Positions 20,765 through 31,922 of a DNA stretch of 64,000 nucleotides are shown in pieces. The notes beneath the pieces are model-generated. The model was not told the DNA's origin and did not search any database. It saw only the letters and a program-made list of their open reading frames with translations. Numbering within the stretch: position 1 is the first letter of the stretch; every line of letters starts with the position of its first letter. The stretch is from contig CAVRJO010000001.1 of the NCBI GenBank assembly GCA_963722255.1, positions 128,001-192,000 of the forward strand, written 5' to 3'. This stretch comes from Candidatus Babeliales bacterium (GTDB lineage Bacteria > Babelota > Babeliae > Babelales > JANWKD01). The position numbers were made by a program, and so were the translations under genes.

Positions 20765-20825
20765 AGAAACTCCTTTTTTTATAACAAGATTTTATATTTT
20801 TATAAGAAGATATAAAGCTTGCGCA

Positions 20826-20981
20826 TCAAAATGCAAGACTATTGAAAATCAGAGATACGAAAAAAAGGGAAAAAGAGGTACAAGAAAGGAAAAGAATTAA
20901 GGACTGTTGACTTATTTGTTGAGAAAAATATTTTGATTGATGATCATGCACATAACAATGAGCTGAACTCATACTGGTCAT
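20826..20981 (-). CDS. Small unannotated membrane peptide (51 aa)
   Basis: RBS ggag; MTSMSSAHCYVHDHQSKYFSQQISQQSLILFLSCTSFSLFFVSLIFNSLAF. Confidence 0.45.
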   Translation of the reverse strand: MTSMSSAHCYVHDHQSKYFSQQISQQSLILFLSCTSFSLFFVSLIFNSLAF

Positions 20982-21085
20982 GGCAAACTCCTATTTAAAA
21001 AGATTAAAAAAATTAATAATTCTAAAAACAAATAATCTCATTTTTTTGATATTTGTCAAATCTCTTTTTTTTTAAAAAATAATCT

Positions 21086-21799
21086 TCAAATAAACGCTGA
21101 AATTAACGGGCAACTCTTTAACATTTGTAGGCCATCGCAATATTCAACTATTGTGCCATCTTGCATATAATAAACTCTATCAAAAAGCTTACGAGCAAAG
21201 CTCATATCTTGGCTAGAAAGACCAATGGTGAGACCTTGCGCTGCTAGTTTTTTTAAGATAGCCACCAAAATATCAGTATTCAAAGGATCAAGAGAGGCCG
21301 TTGGTTCATCTAGCAGCAAAATACGAGGATTTAAACAAAGCGCACGTGCAATAGCAACACGCTGCTGTTGCCCTCCTGAAAGCTCCGCAGGGTATGAATC
21401 TATAAATTTATTCAGTTCAAGCAACTCTAAAACTTCACGTGCTCGTTGCTCAGCTTGCTTGTATGACATCCCATGAACAACTAACGGATCTATACAATTT
21501 TTCATTACTGATAGATGAGGAAAAAGATTGAAATCTTGAAAGACATAACCAATTGTTTCAGATCGTTGCTTGCATGATAAATCTGCAAGTTTTTTTTCAT
21601 CAATCGTTATCGTGCCTTTTGAAAAAGGGATAAGACCAATTAAAGATCTAAGAAGAGTGGTTTTACCGGCGCCACTTTTACCAATAAAAAGCGTTATTCT
21701 TCCTGCAGGTAGCAAACACGAAACAGAATGTAAAAGATTTTTGGTTTGTAATGTTACATCGAGATCTTTAACGATAATCATCATAAACTCCTTTTTCAA
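21086..21799 (-). CDS. Polar amino acid ABC transporter ATPase
   Basis: GKSGAGKT, VFQDFNLFPH, LSGGQQQRVAIARAL, DEPTASLDP. Confidence 0.93.
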   Translation of the reverse strand: MKKEFMMIIVKDLDVTLQTKNLLHSVSCLLPAGRITLFIGKSGAGKTTLLRSLIGLIPFSKGTITIDEKKLADLSCKQRSETIGYVFQDFNLFPHLSVMKNCIDPLVVHGMSYKQAEQRAREVLELLELNKFIDSYPAELSGGQQQRVAIARALCLNPRILLLDEPTASLDPLNTDILVAILKKLAAQGLTIGLSSQDMSFARKLFDRVYYMQDGTIVEYCDGLQMLKSCPLISAFI

Positions 21800-22436
21800 T
21801 GGTAGTAGTTAGCAGATGTAGCAAAGCAGAAAAAAGCAAATATATACACGCAATGGTAAGATAGATTGGCATGGGATTTAGTTCTCTTGAAATAATATTC
21901 ATGCCTGTTCTTGTTAACTCACTAATGCCAATCGTTGCAAGTAATGAAGTTGTTTTAAGAAGTTGTTCAAGCTCGCCAAGCAAGGTTGGCATAGCATTCT
22001 TAAAAGCCTGTGGTAGTATAATACGAAACAACGTATCTTTAACAGAGTATCCTAAAGCAAAGCAAGCATCCCATTGCCCACGTGAAATTGTGTTAATTGA
22101 TGATCGCACAATCTCAGTAACATAACCACTTGAACAAAAAGCCAAAGCAGCAAGAGCAGCAGGAAATGCTGATACTGTAATCCCGAGGAGCGATGGAATA
22201 ACAAAATATGCAATTAAGAGTTGCACGTAAGCAGGAACCCCTTTTGCAATAAAAGTATACCATCCAATTATGCGTCTCAATCGTACTGTTGTTAAAGAGC
22301 GACAACTTACTATTCCTAAAACCGTGCCAATGAAAAGACTCATGCTGCCGGAAATAATCCATGCACAAAGCGTAACAACTGTTCCTTTAAAAAATAATGG
22401 GAGATACTGTATAAAACTCATTCTGCAATTCCCCAT
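21768..22436 (-). CDS. Polar amino acid ABC transporter permease
   Basis: GVPAYVQL, EIVRSSI..GQWDA..ALG, ILPQA. Confidence 0.92.
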   Translation of the reverse strand: MGNCRMSFIQYLPLFFKGTVVTLCAWIISGSMSLFIGTVLGIVSCRSLTTVRLRRIIGWYTFIAKGVPAYVQLLIAYFVIPSLLGITVSAFPAALAALAFCSSGYVTEIVRSSINTISRGQWDACFALGYSVKDTLFRIILPQAFKNAMPTLLGELEQLLKTTSLLATIGISELTRTGMNIISRELNPMPIYLTIACIYLLFSALLHLLTTTIEKGVYDDYR

Positions 22437-23215
22437 TTTTTTTCTAGCAATTCAATAACTCCTTCTTCTTTAAGTTTTGTAATTGCTTCCTGCACTTGCT
22501 GTATCGTGGTAGCATTATCTTTTTTTATAACAATACCAACTCCTTGAACTTGATCTTCAGATGCTAAGGGAACATCTAATAATTGAATTTCTGAGTATTT
22601 ATTTTTAAATTTTTTTGCAATCGCCGGTTCAACAAACGCAGCATCAGTTTTTCCATATTGAAGATTTAAGAGTGCATCATCAACTTTTTCTATTGGCAAC
22701 AGAATAATTTGATCATAGTTACGCAAAACAGCTTCCTGCGATGAACCCGGCTCAACACAAACTACCCTGCCCTTCATATCTTCAATTGATCGAATTTCAT
22801 TTGGAATATTTTTCCAAAAAATAAGTGGATATGATTTTGTGCTCTTGCCTTGATAGTGTATCATGGCAACTTTTTTCAATCGATCCTGCGTAATTGATAA
22901 ACCCCAGAGAATAACGTCAATACTACCTTGATCAAGTGCCATAAAAAGAGACGTCATAGAGCCTAAATCTTTCACTACTAATTTTTTTCCCATCTTTTTG
23001 GCCAGCTCATTGGCTACATCAATATCAAATCCTTCATATTCTCCTTGAGGATTGATGCTTGCAAAAGGTGCATAGCCTGCTGCTGTGCCAACAATAAGTT
23101 GATTAGAATCTGACAATGCAACGGATTCTTTTAAACATAGATAGAGCGCACTACTGCAAATAACTAATGCGCATGCAATAACTATTTTTTGATATTTCAT
23201 AAAAAAACTTTCCAC
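22418..23215 (-). CDS. Polar amino acid ABC transporter substrate-binding protein
   Basis: LIVGTAAGYAPF, GFDIDVA, SITQDR. Confidence 0.92.
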   Translation of the reverse strand: MESFFMKYQKIVIACALVICSSALYLCLKESVALSDSNQLIVGTAAGYAPFASINPQGEYEGFDIDVANELAKKMGKKLVVKDLGSMTSLFMALDQGSIDVILWGLSITQDRLKKVAMIHYQGKSTKSYPLIFWKNIPNEIRSIEDMKGRVVCVEPGSSQEAVLRNYDQIILLPIEKVDDALLNLQYGKTDAAFVEPAIAKKFKNKYSEIQLLDVPLASEDQVQGVGIVIKKDNATTIQQVQEAITKLKEEGVIELLEKKWGIAE

Positions 23216-23224
23216 TAAAAATTT

Positions 23225-23545
23225 TTATTCTTTCGATTTTTTTTCAATCATTCTTTTCAAAATAAGTTGATAACCGTGATGAGGTTCAGTATTAAGAAAC
23301 CGTGCTACTCTACCAATTGTTGCCAGACTTGCGCCTGTTACACTACTAATTTCCCGATATGACAAGGTTCCCTGAGCAAGCAATTTGCAAACACGCCAAC
23401 GCTCAGCCAATGCCTTGATCTCTTGTGGAGTACAAAGGTCTTTAAAAAACCGATTCATTTCTTCATTTGTTTTCAGAAGCAACAAAGCCTCATACAGTTC
23501 CTGAATCACCGTATCTTCTTGTAGAGTGTTATGATGATATTCCAT
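23225..23545 (-). CDS. TrpR-like (YerC/YecD) transcriptional repressor
   Basis: FFKDLCTPQEIKALAERW..SYREI..TGASLATIGRVAR. Confidence 0.9.
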   Translation of the reverse strand: MEYHHNTLQEDTVIQELYEALLLLKTNEEMNRFFKDLCTPQEIKALAERWRVCKLLAQGTLSYREISSVTGASLATIGRVARFLNTEPHHGYQLILKRMIEKKSKE

Positions 23546-23580
23546 GTTATTCCTTTTATTTTTTAAGGCCTTCTTGCATT

Positions 23581-23621
23581 ATTGTACTATCATGCTAGCA
23601 CAATAATACAAGAAATGTCAA
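23581..23621 (-). promoter_or_regulatory. Promoter with overlapping Trp-box-like palindromic operator
   Basis: attgtactatcatgctagcacaat (23581-23604) overlaps the -10; TTGACA at 23616-23621. Confidence 0.7.
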
Positions 23622-23769
23622 CATATTTGCTTTAAAGAAATCATATGTTCTCTTGACCTCAATAAGCAAAAAAAGTTATCTTAAAAGCTGAAGGTAAGAA
23701 AAAGTCTTACCTTCAGCTCATATAATGAAATTCATACAAGGAATTAGATGCAAAAAAATTTTTTAAAAG

Positions 23770-24373
23770 AGTTAATAAATTTCACCCGCAGCAAGCAGCG
23801 GGGTATTGAATTTTTTTAAGGATTTCTATCTACATGAAGAACATCTGACCCAGATCTCTTGGCGTACGAGTAGGGTCTTTTTTGTGCAACATCATGTAAT
23901 CCCTTCCCTGGTTTTTTACGTATTCTGCCACTCGTTTTTCGCTTCCATGCTTACTTACCGTGTTTACGAAATATCCATCAGACCAAAATTCTCCACCCCA
24001 TAGCTGCCTCTTTACTTCGGGAACTCGTTTGAAAATTTCCCGCGCCGTTATACTTTTTATTTTTCTAATGATATTCGTAGGACTATACGTCGGTACGGAC
24101 TGCACAAGAAAATGAACGTGATCCCCATCTGTTCCTATTTCTAGAAACTCTATCTGATAACGTTTTTCTATCTCAAGACACACCAACCTCAATACTTTGT
24201 CTACTTCCTCTGTAAAAACCGCTCGCCTATATTTTGCTGGACAAACTATATGATACAGATTATAAACCTACTTAATTTACTCATTCTCCCAATTTATCAG
24301 GACTTTTTATTTATTCCATTTTTTTATCTGACTACGCGGCAAGCCGCGGGGAATTGTACCCGTAGAGATTAAA
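23770..24373 (-). mobile_element. tnpA: IS200-family element, tnpA 5'-truncated
   Basis: DHVHFLV, FWSDGYF, EYVKNQ; end hairpins cccgcagcaagcagcggg and cgcggcaagccgcggggaatt..gagattaaa. Confidence 0.88.
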
Positions 24374-24433
24374 ATCACCAGAAACGGTATTTTCTTTTAA
24401 AGAGCTCTTGCTTAAAAATAGATAAACAGCGCT

Positions 24434-24976
24434 TTATTTTTTTGTTGACGATAATGTCATCATAAAACCAAAAAAACCAACAAGAGCCAACCCCACAAAA
24501 AGCCCAAATAACGTCGAATAAATCGTTATTTCATGACCATCAAAAAAGTACGCTGCATACACGCTTGGTACAACAAAACAGGTAAATAATCCAATAAAGG
24601 TATGACACGCATCGGGAGCTGGATGGTTATCATAAGTACGAAGAAATTTATAAGTTCTTCCAAATGTCTCTTGATAATCGAGCATTGCATCGTCTGATGC
24701 CCCAAAAAAGTAAGGAACCCACCATGCCATTATATGTCCATATAACCAGAGCGACCAAAAAACAAGGCCAACAATCATTAACCAATTGATGTGATATGCA
24801 AATCCAATGATCAAAACAATTTGAATACAATGCATAAATGCATTAAGTTGCCTTTCATACTTAAATGAAACATGTTGCAAATCATTCCAAGGATACAAAG
24901 AAATCCAATGGGTAATCATAAAATATATTGTAAGTGCACATTGTGATACAACAGCAAAAAGCGTAAAACTATTCAT
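24434..24976 (-). CDS. Membrane protein, unknown function
   Basis: Multiple TM segments; WISLYPWND, WWVPYFFG. Confidence 0.75.
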   Translation of the reverse strand: MNSFTLFAVVSQCALTIYFMITHWISLYPWNDLQHVSFKYERQLNAFMHCIQIVLIIGFAYHINWLMIVGLVFWSLWLYGHIMAWWVPYFFGASDDAMLDYQETFGRTYKFLRTYDNHPAPDACHTFIGLFTCFVVPSVYAAYFFDGHEITIYSTLFGLFVGLALVGFFGFMMTLSSTKK

Positions 24977-25041
24977 TAAATTAATTCCGTTAATAATTTC
25001 TGATAATTCATATCAACTATAACAAAACTGATGCTTGAAAG

Positions 25042-25563
25042 CTACTTGCTCAACGTACATGCAGCTTTATACACCGTTTTAAGATCATGAATTCTAACCG
25101 ATGCCAATCCGTGGAGTGGATAATGCATTACATATATCTTAGAAGATCCAATTGATGGTTGCCAACCAAACTGAAAATCTGATGATCCACTAAATAAAGT
25201 GTAAGTAATTTTACCAATAAAACAAACAACAAGAGGCTTATACAAATAGATAGCATCGGTAATAAGTTCAGTGCCGGCAAGAGCATCATTTTTTGTAAGC
25301 TTTGAAACATTTATTGATGGGAAAGCTATCAAATCAATATAGCCATACCGGTATTTTTGGGAAAACTTGTTTTCATAGTGATGTAAAAGCATAGCATCAT
25401 TTTTTAAATCCTGCCTCGATTCTTTTAACAAGCCTGCATCAGAAAGAAGATACCAGAACATTTTGTTATTTGAATGCGGAACTCCCCTTCTATAAGATCC
25501 CGGATGAGGATTAATTCCAACAAATAAAATTTTCATACCATAAAAAAGGTGATATTTAATCAT
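25042..25563 (-). CDS. G/U mismatch-specific uracil-DNA glycosylase family
   Basis: ILFVGINP..NKMFW..L..AGL, VCFIGK. Confidence 0.85.
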   Translation of the reverse strand: MIKYHLFYGMKILFVGINPHPGSYRRGVPHSNNKMFWYLLSDAGLLKESRQDLKNDAMLLHHYENKFSQKYRYGYIDLIAFPSINVSKLTKNDALAGTELITDAIYLYKPLVVCFIGKITYTLFSGSSDFQFGWQPSIGSSKIYVMHYPLHGLASVRIHDLKTVYKAACTLSK

Positions 25564-25601
25564 AGAGTATACTATCTTATTAGTATCTTATTTTAGATCA
25601 G

Positions 25602-26817
25602 TTATTTTTTAATAGTTAATGCTACTTTAATCCAGCCATCATCCCGTTTATCAAAATGTTTATATCCATTAACAATATCAGTTAATGGTAATGTATGTGA
25701 AACAAAATCTCGAGAATCAAATATCCGATTTTGAACCCATGTAACTAATTTTGGAATATATTTTCGATGATTACAATCGCCCATTCGTATAGTCAAGTTT
25801 TTCCCCATCGCTTCACCAATAGGAAATGTTTTTAATCGTTCAGTATAAACCCCTATTATTGAAATAGTGCCATTTTTGGCAACAGCTTTAACAGCCCATT
25901 GTAATACTTGAGAAGGCCCATTTCCCGGAATCCAATTTCCACCATGAGGATTTGTTTTGGGCGCAATTTTTTTTAGTTCTTTTTTGAATTCTTTCTGAAT
26001 AGAAAGATTTTTAAGCGCATCTGCAGGTGAATAATTTGGTTGATCAGCATCAATACCAACTGCATCTATTATTTTTGTTGGTCCTTTATTATTGGTCATT
26101 TTCTTGAGCTCTTCAACTGGATCTTTTTCATCAAAATTGATGACCGAAGCACCTTGCTGTTTTGCTTTTTCCAAACGAGATTTAATGCGATCGATTGCAA
26201 TAATACTGAACTCCTAACTGCTTTAAACAAAAAATAGCTAATTGCCCCACTGGACCACAACCAAAAACAGCAACGGTATCTGTCGGCTTAGCATCTGCCA
26301 TTTCAACAGCCATATAGGAAGTTGGCAAAATATCTGATAATAAAATTACTTGATCATCACTCACATCATCTGGAATAGCTATAAGTGAAGTATCTGCAAA
26401 AGGAACGCGGACCTTTTCGGCTTGCATACCATTAAAGGGGCCCGATTCTTTTGGTCCACCGTAAAATGCCGCACCTGCATAAGGGCCATTAGGATTTGCC
26501 CTATCACATTGAGAATATATTCCTTGCAAACAATATTCGCACTCTCCGCATGCAATAGTCGAAGGAACGATAACACGATCACCAACGCGAAAATTATTTA
26601 CTGATTTTCCTATTTTTTCAACGACACCAACACCTTCATGTCCCAAAATTGTATTTTTTTTCATGCCCGGTATCGTGCCACGAATCATATGCAGATCTGT
26701 ACCACAAATTGCACTTTTTGTTATTGCTATTATTGCATCAGTTGGTTCTTTTATACGAGGATCCTTAACTTCTTCTAAGGCAATTGAGCCGATTCCTTTA
26801 AAAACTAATGCTTTCAT
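25602..26817 (-). CDS. Zn-dependent alcohol/formaldehyde dehydrogenase, frameshifted near 26200
   Basis: ICGTDLH, GHEGVG, CGECEYC, SDILPTSY, VFGCGPVG; C-terminal half in 25602..26174. Confidence 0.9.
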
Positions 26818-26989
26818 AGTAGTGCCCTTATTATAAAATAATAGTTAACTGTAATCTACGAAAGCATTGTAGCCCATTTTCTTTGATAAAAAGAAGAAAA
26901 AAAAATCTGTTGAGAGCAATCACTATTTTTTCACAGTAATTAATCACAACAGATCGTATTATTTGTTAATTATAGTACAAAGCTTCTGA

Positions 26990-27559
26990 TTAATGTTTTA
27001 AAGCATTATGTATATCATTTTTCCAGAGGGATTTAAAGATATATTCATGATAACGAATAGCAGCTACCTCTTTTTGATCCATCAACTTAATCTCATTTCC
27101 CGACATTAAAGCTGTCTCAACTAAAGTATCTTTATCACTTTGCTTTTTTTTCTTCGTATCAGTTAAAGTTTTAACTAATTTAACCATTCTCGTGAGATGA
27201 AAATATAACTGGTTTAATTTGTTTGTATCATTCTTACACTCTTCATAATAACAATACATTTCGGACATTAGTCTATTATTTATTTTATAAAGCGGATTCA
27301 GAACATCACTAAATCTTTGCTCATATTCAGAATTTATCATTGATAAATTAGCTGCTTTGAATGTTACTTTCTTTTGTAACTCCACCAATGGAGCTTCCAT
27401 ACAGAGTAGATGCAATGGCATTGACCCTAAAAGGAGCGCTGCGTATAATTTTGTTGATTTCATAAAATCCCTTATTAAATATGTTTTATATACATTATAG
27501 ACTATTTTTAATATACCAGTTTTTAATAAGATTAAAAATACGTTTGTTTTCATAAACAT
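26990..27559 (-). CDS. Secreted hypothetical protein
   Basis: Probable start at MKSTK; signal peptide ending LLC-ME. Confidence 0.6.
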   Translation of the reverse strand: MFMKTNVFLILLKTGILKIVYNVYKTYLIRDFMKSTKLYAALLLGSMPLHLLCMEAPLVELQKKVTFKAANLSMINSEYEQRFSDVLNPLYKINNRLMSEMYCYYEECKNDTNKLNQLYFHLTRMVKLVKTLTDTKKKKQSDKDTLVETALMSGNEIKLMDQKEVAAIRYHEYIFKSLWKNDIHNALKH

Positions 27560-27642
27560 TATTATTTTGTAATAATTTAGATGCCTGTAGATCGTACATT
27601 TTTTATCATAAATCTAATAAATAATTTCAATTTACTAGATTT

Positions 27643-28997
27643 ATGATAAACTTTTATTTAAAAATAGATAATCTTACATCACGGAGAATCACTATGCGCC
27701 TATCAAAAATAATCTTTTTATTCTTACTAAACTTTATTGTGTATCATAAAATCCAATCGATGGAGCAAGAATCCTATGAAGAAGAAACAGATAATTATAT
27801 TGCTATTCCTAATATAATTCCTGATGAGCTCTTGTCAGAACTACACACATTTGCAAGTGGCTCAAATACACCGCTTATCTTTGATTCGCAAAAAACATTC
27901 TGTATTCAATTTGGAAAACGTAACGTTCCTTTTACCAAAACCCATAAGGTACGGTTAGCACGAAGTTCGGCCTGGGTTGCTCCAATCAATTTAAATACTG
28001 TAGAATTTTATAGGCACTTTGATATTCCCGGATTTTATTTTCCTATACGATGTGACAAGAAAGCTCGATGTAGTGGTTATATGTTTAATAGAAGGATCTA
28101 TTGTATTGAAATAGAAAATGATACTATTAATCTAAGGCACAATTACTCTACGATAACACGTATAGAAAATAGAGACCTATATTTTGATGGTCCTAATGAT
28201 AATGGCATATTTATTATAGCTGCCAATTCAAAAAAAAAGAAACAATAAAAGAAGAATACTACAAAAAATATACGCCAAAGCTCCTAGGAGCACCTCTCAT
28301 TACATTTAAAAAAAGAATACCTGCGGTTAGCGATTTTGTTTATACGACCAAGATAGGAAATTATTCAACTATGGATACAACTAACTCACCATTAGCACAT
28401 CTAAATAATTACATTAACACTACTTGTGCTCCTCTAGAACGAGGTTCGGCCGTAGCAGTTGCCCTCTGCAAAACTAAAAATCGCTATGTTATAGCAAACA
28501 ATAAGGACCAATTAACACTCCACTCAATACCAAGGACTCGATCAGCAGAAATAAAACAAATCGGTTTTGGACAATTTAAAACCTCTATCAAAAAAATAAG
28601 TTTTTTAACGCCAACTCTGTTGTTAGGCCTTATAGGAAATGGCAAACTCTTCAGCTTTAGTTTGGATGAAAAATCAAAAAAAATTCATGCAGCCAGACAA
28701 AAGATTGTAACCATGGATAAAGAACCGATTTTTTTACATACCTTTGCCGTTGATCCCTGTAATACCCATAAGATCATTTTCTGCACAAAAGATAACCGGA
28801 TTATGTATATAAATCTTACTAATTGCCATGATTCCACGCTATGGAAAAAAGGAATATTTTTGATGGAGGTAAGAGCCAAACCAAAATATCTTTGGTTCTA
28901 CGACTCTAAGGTATGCTTAGGGTATATCAATGCAGATAAAGAGGTTACAACAACCAATTACTCGCTTTATGATTTTAATTGTCATCTGAATAATTAA
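27643..28997 (+). CDS. Secreted hypothetical protein(s); ORFs 27643..28248 and 28371..28997 probably one gene broken at an A-run near 28230
   Basis: Signal peptide ending IQS-ME; A9 run just before the first stop; beta-rich C-terminal part. Confidence 0.55.
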
Positions 28998-29150
28998 TTC
29001 GAACTAAGAAAGATATGCTTGAAATAACAATAAATCTGGTTTTGTCATTCTGAGCGGTGTTGAATGGGAAAAATGCTATACACTACCTTGAATTAATTTA
29101 TTATACTAAAAGTAAGCAACATTCAATGATCAAAAACAATAGTTTTTTGG

Positions 29151-30515
29151 TTGAAATATATTCATCATTCAAATTCAGCAGGAATAATCATGCAACTAAT
29201 TAAATCAGCATTGTGCATCATAACAGTATTTTTATATACCGGTTCTTTTGCTCAGCATCTAGTTCGTAAAATCGATGGTGAAAAATTTTCATTTATTACA
29301 AAGATACGCATTGTACCAATCTTAAAAGAATTATGCTTACCTGCAGTAGCCCTCAATGTTTCAAATCGTATTAAACATGACCCAACCTATGATGTAACAA
29401 AATTTAAAGAATTTTTGGAAGCCCTTACAACAGCATATTCTCTAGATTCTAATAAACTAGTTTCATTGATGCATGAAGAGATCGAAGTTGAATGGAAAAA
29501 ATACTGCTCTGATACTCGAGGATATTCAATAGACCAACTTCATTTTTCGGGTAACAAATTTATCTGGACTAATAAAGTCCTTCAAAAATGGGATATTTAT
29601 GCAAAATTTAAAAATATAGAAAATAATGAACAACCAGAACCTATCGGCACTAATAATTTACGATGCTTTACTATTTCATCTCGGTTTTGCTGCACCTCTC
29701 CTATTAATAGCAGAGCTCTATTGATTAAAGATTTAGAAACAAATAAGAATGGAGAGTTTTTCATAAACAAAAATAGATTCCCAATTGGAGCTCTTGCGCT
29801 TGATCAACAAATAGTGCGGTGTGCTGTGGGTAATGATTATGGTGAAATTTTTATAGGAAAACAATATGGCGCAAATTTTAAGTTCTCCACAACCAAACCA
29901 ACGCACACTGCTTCAATTACCGCTCTTTATTTTACACCTAACTCAACGCTATTTTCATGCGATACCAAAGGTAACATTTTTGTATGGGACAATAAAAATG
30001 TTCGACACCTGCCCTTAAAACAAAAAGTTGCTTCGGTTATAAGCTCAGCAGATAGTATGCTTGTAGCATTTGCTCATGCAGGGGATGAAAACAGATCATC
30101 AATTCTCAATTGGAATGCACTAACAATTACAGAATACAATGTAGGAAAAATAGTAGCTTTCACTTCAACTAATACTATTGTAGTGCAAAATGGTGAATCA
30201 CTTTTAACCTATAATCTGAATGGCGACTTATTACAAAGTACCCAATTACGAAAAGCAGCTCGTTTATTTGGCAATGAAGTTCCTTCATCACGTGCTCCTT
30301 TATATCTAATGACAACTGAGAAAATAAAAAAAAGATTTGATAATTATGGATATGATTACACCGACTATCCTCCGAACTATCATGGACAGATGGATAGAAT
30401 AAAAATTGGCACTGAGGTAGAAATGGTTAAAACAACATTCTGGTTACCAAAACAACTTTCACCTGAAGAGCTTTATGTAAAAATTGCATCTAAAAAATCT
30501 GACATTCTAAAATAG
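29151..30515 (+). CDS. Secreted WD40/beta-propeller-like protein
   Basis: HTASITALYF..LFSCDTKGNIFVWD. Confidence 0.7.
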   Translation: MKYIHHSNSAGIIMQLIKSALCIITVFLYTGSFAQHLVRKIDGEKFSFITKIRIVPILKELCLPAVALNVSNRIKHDPTYDVTKFKEFLEALTTAYSLDSNKLVSLMHEEIEVEWKKYCSDTRGYSIDQLHFSGNKFIWTNKVLQKWDIYAKFKNIENNEQPEPIGTNNLRCFTISSRFCCTSPINSRALLIKDLETNKNGEFFINKNRFPIGALALDQQIVRCAVGNDYGEIFIGKQYGANFKFSTTKPTHTASITALYFTPNSTLFSCDTKGNIFVWDNKNVRHLPLKQKVASVISSADSMLVAFAHAGDENRSSILNWNALTITEYNVGKIVAFTSTNTIVVQNGESLLTYNLNGDLLQSTQLRKAARLFGNEVPSSRAPLYLMTTEKIKKRFDNYGYDYTDYPPNYHGQMDRIKIGTEVEMVKTTFWLPKQLSPEELYVKIASKKSDILK

Positions 30516-30526
30516 TTTTACAAAGG

Positions 30527-31267
30527 ATGAAATTCAAAATTCAGATACTTACAACAACAATTTATTTAATGTTAATTTTTTCATCTATAAAAACAAACGA
30601 AACTATTGTGCATATCATTGAAAACGAATTTAATCTAATTTCAATCCAACAACCTATTCATACTATCGCTGATAAGATAATAAATAACGATTATAAAATT
30701 ATTGGAATATTTGGACCAAGCGGAGGTGGAAAAACTACAACTGCACATACCCTATTAAACATTCTTGGTCACCATAAGGCTGTTTTAATAAGTGTTGATG
30801 ACTATTGGTGCTATACCAGAGCTGAAATGAAAGAAAAAAATTTAACCGGGTATGATTGGCAAGCACGCGATAAAAATCGATTCTTAAACGATTTAGCGTC
30901 TTTAAAACAAGGCATATCAATCGATAAACCTGTCCAAGATTATGTCTATGAACGGCCTGCACAACATACTGAACGAGTTGATGCCAAAGAAATAATTATT
31001 CTCGAAGCAACTTTGGATTTTTCAGAAATAGCAGATTTGCTTATTTTTGTTTACGCCCCTGATGAAATAATTTTTCAAAGAAGGCTAGAAAGAGATCGCT
31101 CTAAAAGTTCGTTTCATTCAATAGATGAGCTTGCAACATATCTGCGAGAAAAAAGTATCCCGGCCTATAAAAAAAATCTTCTACCATTGGCAACAACAGC
31201 AGACTTTATCTATGATACGCATGAAAATAAATTATATAAAAAACAAGAATGGAAACAACTGAAATAA
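30527..31267 (+). CDS. Uridine kinase/phosphoribulokinase-family P-loop kinase with N-terminal signal-like segment
   Basis: IIGIFGPSGGGKTT, ISVDDY, IIILE, RRLERD. Confidence 0.8.
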   Translation: MKFKIQILTTTIYLMLIFSSIKTNETIVHIIENEFNLISIQQPIHTIADKIINNDYKIIGIFGPSGGGKTTTAHTLLNILGHHKAVLISVDDYWCYTRAEMKEKNLTGYDWQARDKNRFLNDLASLKQGISIDKPVQDYVYERPAQHTERVDAKEIIILEATLDFSEIADLLIFVYAPDEIIFQRRLERDRSKSSFHSIDELATYLREKSIPAYKKNLLPLATTADFIYDTHENKLYKKQEWKQLK

Positions 31268-31493
31268 GAGCCGCCGCTCATACGAGCGGCGGCATACGGG
31301 CTACTATCCGAGAACAGCGCCCAAATTTATTCATGTTAATGTTACTCTAACACATTTAAAAATAAGTTAAAGGGGCAGCAAATAAAAAAACATAACTTTG
31401 GAACCCATTAATTCCTTAATTTTGCTTTCAGCCATTACCATTCACCATAAAGAAGAGAACAATAGTTACTAATATCTTGGGTAGTAATGGTAA

Positions 31494-31907
31494 TCATAAC
31501 AATGCGTCCTCATGATTTTCTATATATTCTTCTATCTTTGTACTATCAGTATGATTTATAACAGTCGTAACATAATATCCTGTTGCCCAAAGACTGCCGC
31601 TTAAAAAGATTTTTTGAAATCTCACGCTTTCTCTGAGTAGAACATTCGCTGTTTTGCCTTTTAACATCTGCATAAGCTTTGAAATACTTAATGAGGGCGG
31701 CACAGAAACATATAACTCAACATAATCCCTTTTAATACTACTTCCTTTTAAAATTTCAACCTTTAAAGTATGACATAATATCCTAATAATCTCCTGAATC
31801 CTGAGTGCTTCAGGACCATACAAGACTGGTTTTCGATATTTTGTTATCCATACTATACGAAAATTTAAGTTATATACACAATGTGATGCTTTTCTCAAGT
31901 GCTGCAT
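31494..31907 (-). CDS. IS200-like TnpA homolog lacking the HUH motif
   Basis: FRIVWITKYRKPVL, VSVPPSLSISKLMQMLKG, LWATGYY, EEYIENH; DYVEL replaces DHVH. Confidence 0.8.
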   Translation of the reverse strand: MQHLRKASHCVYNLNFRIVWITKYRKPVLYGPEALRIQEIIRILCHTLKVEILKGSSIKRDYVELYVSVPPSLSISKLMQMLKGKTANVLLRESVRFQKIFLSGSLWATGYYVTTVINHTDSTKIEEYIENHEDALL

Positions 31908-31922
31908 AATATCCCTAAAACA

